A stretch of DNA of 64,000 bases from Macrostomum hystrix (lineage: Eukaryota > Animalia > Platyhelminthes). The notes under the pieces are model-generated. The model was not told the DNA's origin. It saw nothing but the letters and a program-made list of their open reading frames with translations, and ran no database searches. Below are positions 59,056-64,000 of the stretch, piece after piece. Location: assembly GCA_950097015.1 (NCBI GenBank), contig CATNEN010000014.1:2046001-2110000 (forward strand), in the 5' to 3' direction. The stretch's first letter is position 1; the number at the start of each line of letters is the position of its first letter. A program made the position numbers and the translations under genes.

Positions 59056-61180
59056 TCAGCCCCTCGGAGTGAAGACGATCTTGTGCAGCGGCGGCGACCG
59101 CAGCACTGTGCCCTTGGAGAAGCTGGGATCCTCGGTGAGGTGCCACAGAGTCCGGCCGTCTTCCGGGTCCAGGTCGAAGCGGTAGCGCTGGACCAGCGCC
59201 ACGAAGAAGACGAAGAGCTCCATGCGGGCCAGGCTCTCGCCCAGGCAGGCTCGCTTGCCCAGGCCGAACGTTGCCAGCTGGGGGCACGCCACGAACTGGC
59301 CGTCCCGCAAGTGCCTCTCTGGTAGGAACTTCTCCGGCTGCGGGAACACCGCCGGGTCGTGGTGCATGGCGTACACGTTGAATGCGCAGATGCTTTCGGC
59401 GCGCATTCGGCAGTTGCCAGCGATGGTGACGTCGTCGGTCACTCGGTGGAAAATGCCCAACGGCACCAGGCTGGCCTTGCGGTGCACCTCCTCGATGACG
59501 GCCTGTGGTGTTGTACAGTTCTTGTACTTCAAGAGAGCGATGCTCTGAAAGAATCGTAAAAAGTATTCAATCTTCAAAGCCCTACCTGAGTGTACTGCAG
59601 CTGCGCCTTGTCCTGCATTGTTGGGAGCCGGTCGCGACCGATCGCGTTGACCACCTCCTCGTGCACTCGATCGGACACGTCCGGATTGGCGATCATGAAG
59701 AGGATGGCCCAGCGCAGCGTGTTGGCCGTGGTGTCGGTGCCAGCGATGAACAGGTCGCTGACGGCCATTGTCAGACGCGTGTCCGTGAACATGTCAGGCT
59801 GGTCCCGCTGATGCAGCAGGTGCGCCTCGATGTAGTCTCTGGGGATTTGGCGGTTCATCGGCTCGGATGACAAATATACACTCAGCTAACAGATCTCGGC
59901 ACTTTTAGGAAAGACCTTCAATGGCTGTGTACAGCTTTTCAGTCTGTGGACTGTGGAGACCACCAAAACCATCAAAATGTCCACCCCAGCAAACGGTTGC
60001 GGACAATGGCACATCATGTGTCTATGGCACATCAGGTGACACTAGACGCGCGGCCAGTGAGGAGGCAATTCTGCCAATTCCGCTGACTCCTGAGCACACG
60101 CACACAGATACTGTACGCAGGCATACACTCACACAGGTGTGTACATCTGCCCTGAATTTCTCATCGTCAGGCAGTATACATTTCACTGTGCCTTGGAGGT
60201 TGGCCCTCAAATTGCACGACCAGCCCCCAAGCCTTCTCTCCGCGGCTGCGCCCCAAATGAATGCAGTCTCGCCCGCGTAATCGAGCTCAGGGACCTTGGT
60301 GCGTTAACCGCTCTGTCACTGAACCCCTGCACTCACGCACACAGAGCACATGAAACTGGTACCTGGCCCGGTGGACGCCCTCCATTTCGGCCACGTGCTT
60401 GTCCCGCTGGGTCTGGCAATAGTCCAGCAGCTTCGTGAAATCCTCCACGGCAGCCTTCGAGCCGGGCAGCTTTAACAGCCAATTTGCGATGAAGGGGCTG
60501 AGCTCAAGCAGAGGAATCATCGACAAGAACATGGCGTTCGTGGTGTTGGAGTCCGCGTTGTGCGTGATCTTGCGGAACAGCTCGAGCAGCTCGCCGAACT
60601 TCTCATCCTCGGATGCCAGCCGGGAGCCGAACACGAGCTGGCAGATGATGTTGCTGGTGGCCGTGCTCAGCAGCAGTGAAGTTTCCACCGGCTTGCCGCC
60701 GGCCTCATCAAGCACCCGCCTCAGGTGCTCGACCTCCGCGGTCACGATGTCCTCGGCACCTCGCCTACCGAAGCCGAAATCGCGCAGCGTCTTCAGTGTG
60801 AACCGGCGGTACTCGCGCCACACCTCGCCGTCTGAGGAGACGATGCCGCCGATATCGCCGAACAGACGGGCCGTCAGCTTCTGACTGAGCCGGCCAGTCA
60901 ACTGCTCCGCGTTGTCCACCATGGCCTCCTTGAAGACGTCCCACCGGTTGAACACGTAGACGCACTGGATGCCGAAGTGAACGCGAACGATCGGCTCGGT
61001 GCCGTAGTTGTCATGCAGCCAGAGGTACAGCGGCTCCTGTATGTGCCACATGCTGCCCACAATCGGGTAGCGGCCCACCGACGGCGGCTCCCGAGCGTCC
61101 TCCCAGAGCTTACGGCCGAACCAGTACAGCCCGAGGGCTGCCGCACCGCCTGCCAAAGCCACGCTCGTTGTCAGCGCCAT
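59056..61180 (-). CDS. Cytochrome P450, clan 2 (CYP2-like), ~505 aa
   Basis: Exons 61180-60363, 59838-59586, 59502-59056 sum to 1518 nt. N-terminal anchor, WREYRRFTLKTLRDFGFG, I-helix AGTDTT, ExxR (EVHR), PERH and heme motif FGLGKRACLG. Confidence 0.95.
60010..60308 (-). mobile_element. tRNA-derived SINE family A, in P450 intron 1
   Basis: Extensive identity to the reverse complement of the 20490 copy (GGAGGTTGGCCCTCAA, GTACATCTGCCCTGA, ATCGAGCTCAGGGACCTTGG). Confidence 0.8.
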
Positions 61181-61195
61181 AATTACTTGCTGAAT

Positions 61196-61225
61196 TGAAC
61201 TTTCATGAACTAGTACGAAAGTGCA
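61196..61225 (-). promoter_or_regulatory. Candidate nuclear-receptor response element (DR4 + ER8) at the P450 start
   Basis: Plus strand TGAACT-TTCA-TGAACT-AGTACGAA-AGTGCA. TATAAA on the minus strand at 61248-61243 and 61282-61277. Confidence 0.45.
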
Positions 61226-64000
61226 GCCCGAGAAATGCTTGCTTTATAGTTAGTTGGGCTGAGCCAAAGCTGCCACTTTATAGCTGATAGCACTGACCTA
61301 CCGTGTCTTTGGGTGGGTGGGCAGTCTTTTTCTTACCCCTCTGCCTTGCACTGAGTCTACTGCAGTGCTCTTCAATTCATCGTACATTTCAATGCTAAGC
61401 CCTGACAGAACTTATTGTGTTTGGCCTGTTCTCTCGCAGCAGCAGCTCAAAGCGTGCGTCAGTTAGGAACTGCAGTGCCAGCGCATCCAGAGCCGCAGCA
61501 GTGAATTCTGACCTGAGTTGAGACTACCGCAGCTTGTTAATATAGGACTGCTTGGTTGCGATGAGAAACAAATGTGTACCTCAAGTGCGGCTGAAGTGGC
61601 TGTTTTTTGCGCTTGCTCGGAGACTACATATTGTGCAACTGCGATAAGAAGCTATTTATAGGTTTGAATATTGTATAAATTATGATAATTATAACTGAAA
61701 CTCTTGCAGACAAATACATGCAGAACTATGTACTACTTGTGACCAAAGGGTACCCTCGGCCAGGGTACCCTGGGGATATACGGGCCAGCTACTGATTTCA
61801 GTCAGTAGTTCGGATCGGCTCCATTCTAGAGCCTTTATAAGTTGACGCGAAAGGACACGTGAATTCCCGGCTGGAAGGTTGACACGAAATCCCTGCAGTT
61901 TTTATCCATTTATCCCCCTAGAGTACTATACTACAGTGGTCCTTGGCCCATGCTCGAACCAAGCCTCCGTGCCAAACAGACTTACATACGAGCGTATGCT
62001 AAACGCGCATTCACTGCACGTCGCTAATTAATGGTGCATGTAATTAAGTATAAGTTATACTACTGATGCAGCGGTCCCTTGGCATGAGCATCTTACACGA
62101 GCGGTGTCTCCGGGAATTTCAGTCATAGCTTTGCTATACCTTGCTCTGTTGCTCAATATTCACGGATGTAGAGTCAAATTAAAGAATAAACGCACAGATT
62201 AAACAAGTTCTTAGTTCTTTACAACCCTTCGGGATGTAAGTTTAAGCTCCTCAAATAATATTTACTGAAGTAAGACAAACTATTTTGGGACTTAAAAATT
62301 CCTTGACCCTATAACCCTTACACTAATTTCGGGAAAGCTTAGCTATCCGAACTGACTACCCTGATTACTCCGATGTTCTGAAGCACACAGTGTGATCTAC
62401 GACTGTGTTCACTGTCAGACTGCTGTTTTGGTTCACGTGTTTAGTTAAGCCAATTTTGGATGTTTACATTTATAACAAAGGCTAACTGCTAGAACGAACA
62501 AACGTTTATAATTTAATGAAGTAAAGAAACAAAGTAAAAATCGACGGAGAACCTTTTCAAAGCAAGAGGCTAAGTTAAAATAGCAAAGGTTAGCAAATTT
62601 TTCTGCTAATTCGATGAATCGACAATACCGGTCTTGAACTATCATAATTCGGCAAGAACGCTATAGATAGCTAATTGCTCTTTTTATTGCAATCGATACG
62701 AAGTTGCATTCTTGTTGCATACATCGAATGCCAAGAGGTAATCGTACCAACTATATTTTGTTACATCTTATCTGATTGAAATAATTAAGCCTAGTGATCA
62801 TACACTTCGATTACAACAATGGAATCACAAAAATAATATTTTTGCATTTTTGTATTGCGAAAATAACTTAGGCCTAAATTGTGTATGCTTATGTAGGGGG
62901 GCCTATCTATAAAATGTTTTTGCATGCAAATGAGTAGGTTTGGCTTGGCTTTGAATTTCTATTCTACGTTATATAAATACTAGAACTGGGCTCATTGCTA
63001 CCTATCTCTGTTAATCAAGACCTAGTTAGGCCCCTATTATATTATACACTTACATATATTATGCAATAGGCCTACCTAATTGACTACATATTCCTAGATT
63101 CCTGCCCGACTACCTGAGTTTTTTGTTTTATAGAGCCTATTTTATATTATTTACAGACCTTAGCTCATGAGTCATGCCACACCTGGACCTGGCTATTAGT
63201 AGGCCTATGGCTCTGCCTACTTGTTTAGATGCAATTGAAAAAATGATCCATCAGAGTGATAAAGAAATGGTGTTAATATGATAATGATACACTGTATATT
63301 CAAATCTCCAAAGCAATTATGATTATTTAAGGGTGGATTTCTAATTGAAATTATCATCTTCAAAAGCTATAGCACTTTGGCATCTTATTCAAAGTAGGCC
63401 CTGTATAATTTTGGTTTTGGATGCTAATCAGCTCAATAAGAAATCAGCCTGAAAGTGTTAACATTCTAAAACTAGAGAATTTTATGTCTCTAGTTAGCAT
63501 GCATAGCTACTATGAAGAGAACTATGGAGTAGGCCTATGTGTTACAAAGTGGAGTGGCACCCCCTTAGTTTTAGAAGAATATAATTTTCAATGGTGTGGG
63601 TTATAATAGTGCATGTAACAATTGATACAAATAGTCCAGAGCAAATGACCATAAATCAAAAGTGCAATGTTCATATACTTTTGGTTTCCAGCAATCAATG
63701 GTGATTAGGCTATTTGATGAAAATGAAAATGAATTTTTTGTCTGTTGTATCAGATCAAATCATTTTTCTTTAAAAGTTACATTGAAATGATTGCCTTCCA
63801 AAACTGATAATATGCAAGTGTATGATCATTTAACTATTGTAACTGATTTGCAGTTCTTTTGTTCAAGCCATGATTTCTTAAGCACAGCAGACACGTTTCA
63901 AAGTTAATCATCAATTGTAACTAGTTTGACAAATAATGATTGATAATATTCAATCAATCATAGTATTGAAATATTTCTATATTTATTAAAATAACACTTT

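Noticed and set aside
57264-59072. Three 535-602 aa ORFs on plus
   Set aside because: All three frames are open only because the repeat unit lacks stops; they cycle through the same three peptides.
61745-61772. Twin AGGGTACCCT palindromes and a weak inverted match to ~62345
   Set aside because: Too short to define TIRs, and no TSD was found.

Overview
Animal (eukaryotic) genomic DNA with GC-rich exons, GT-AG introns and about 25 different minisatellite arrays. The style resembles the flatworm Macrostomum, but that is inference only. I reconstructed six spliced genes by hand with frame-consistent exons: a divergent LRP5/6-architecture receptor (minus, runs off the left edge), a glutamate carboxypeptidase II/NAALADase (minus), flotillin-2 (minus), an HR96/NR1J-type nuclear receptor (plus), a tetraspanin (plus) and a clan-2 cytochrome P450 (minus). 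There is also one orphan ORF. Mobile DNA comprises two tRNA-derived SINE families, a young hAT-like MITE with an 8-bp TSD and a 2.5-kb TIR element carrying a BEN-like remnant. The main leads are: (1) kb-scale patches almost free of CpG, where a SINE copy shows C>T/G>A changes at CG and also CAG/CTG/CCG (CHG- or RIP-like hypermutation); (2) 17 of 20 long introns inflated by their own minisatellite, with related units shared within a gene and some units built from splice-site motifs; (3) a perfect AGTTCA DR4 plus an ER8 at the P450 start, 18 kb from an HR96-like receptor gene. No CRISPR array, rRNA or intact tRNA is supported. Most long ORFs in the supplied track are repeat read-through.
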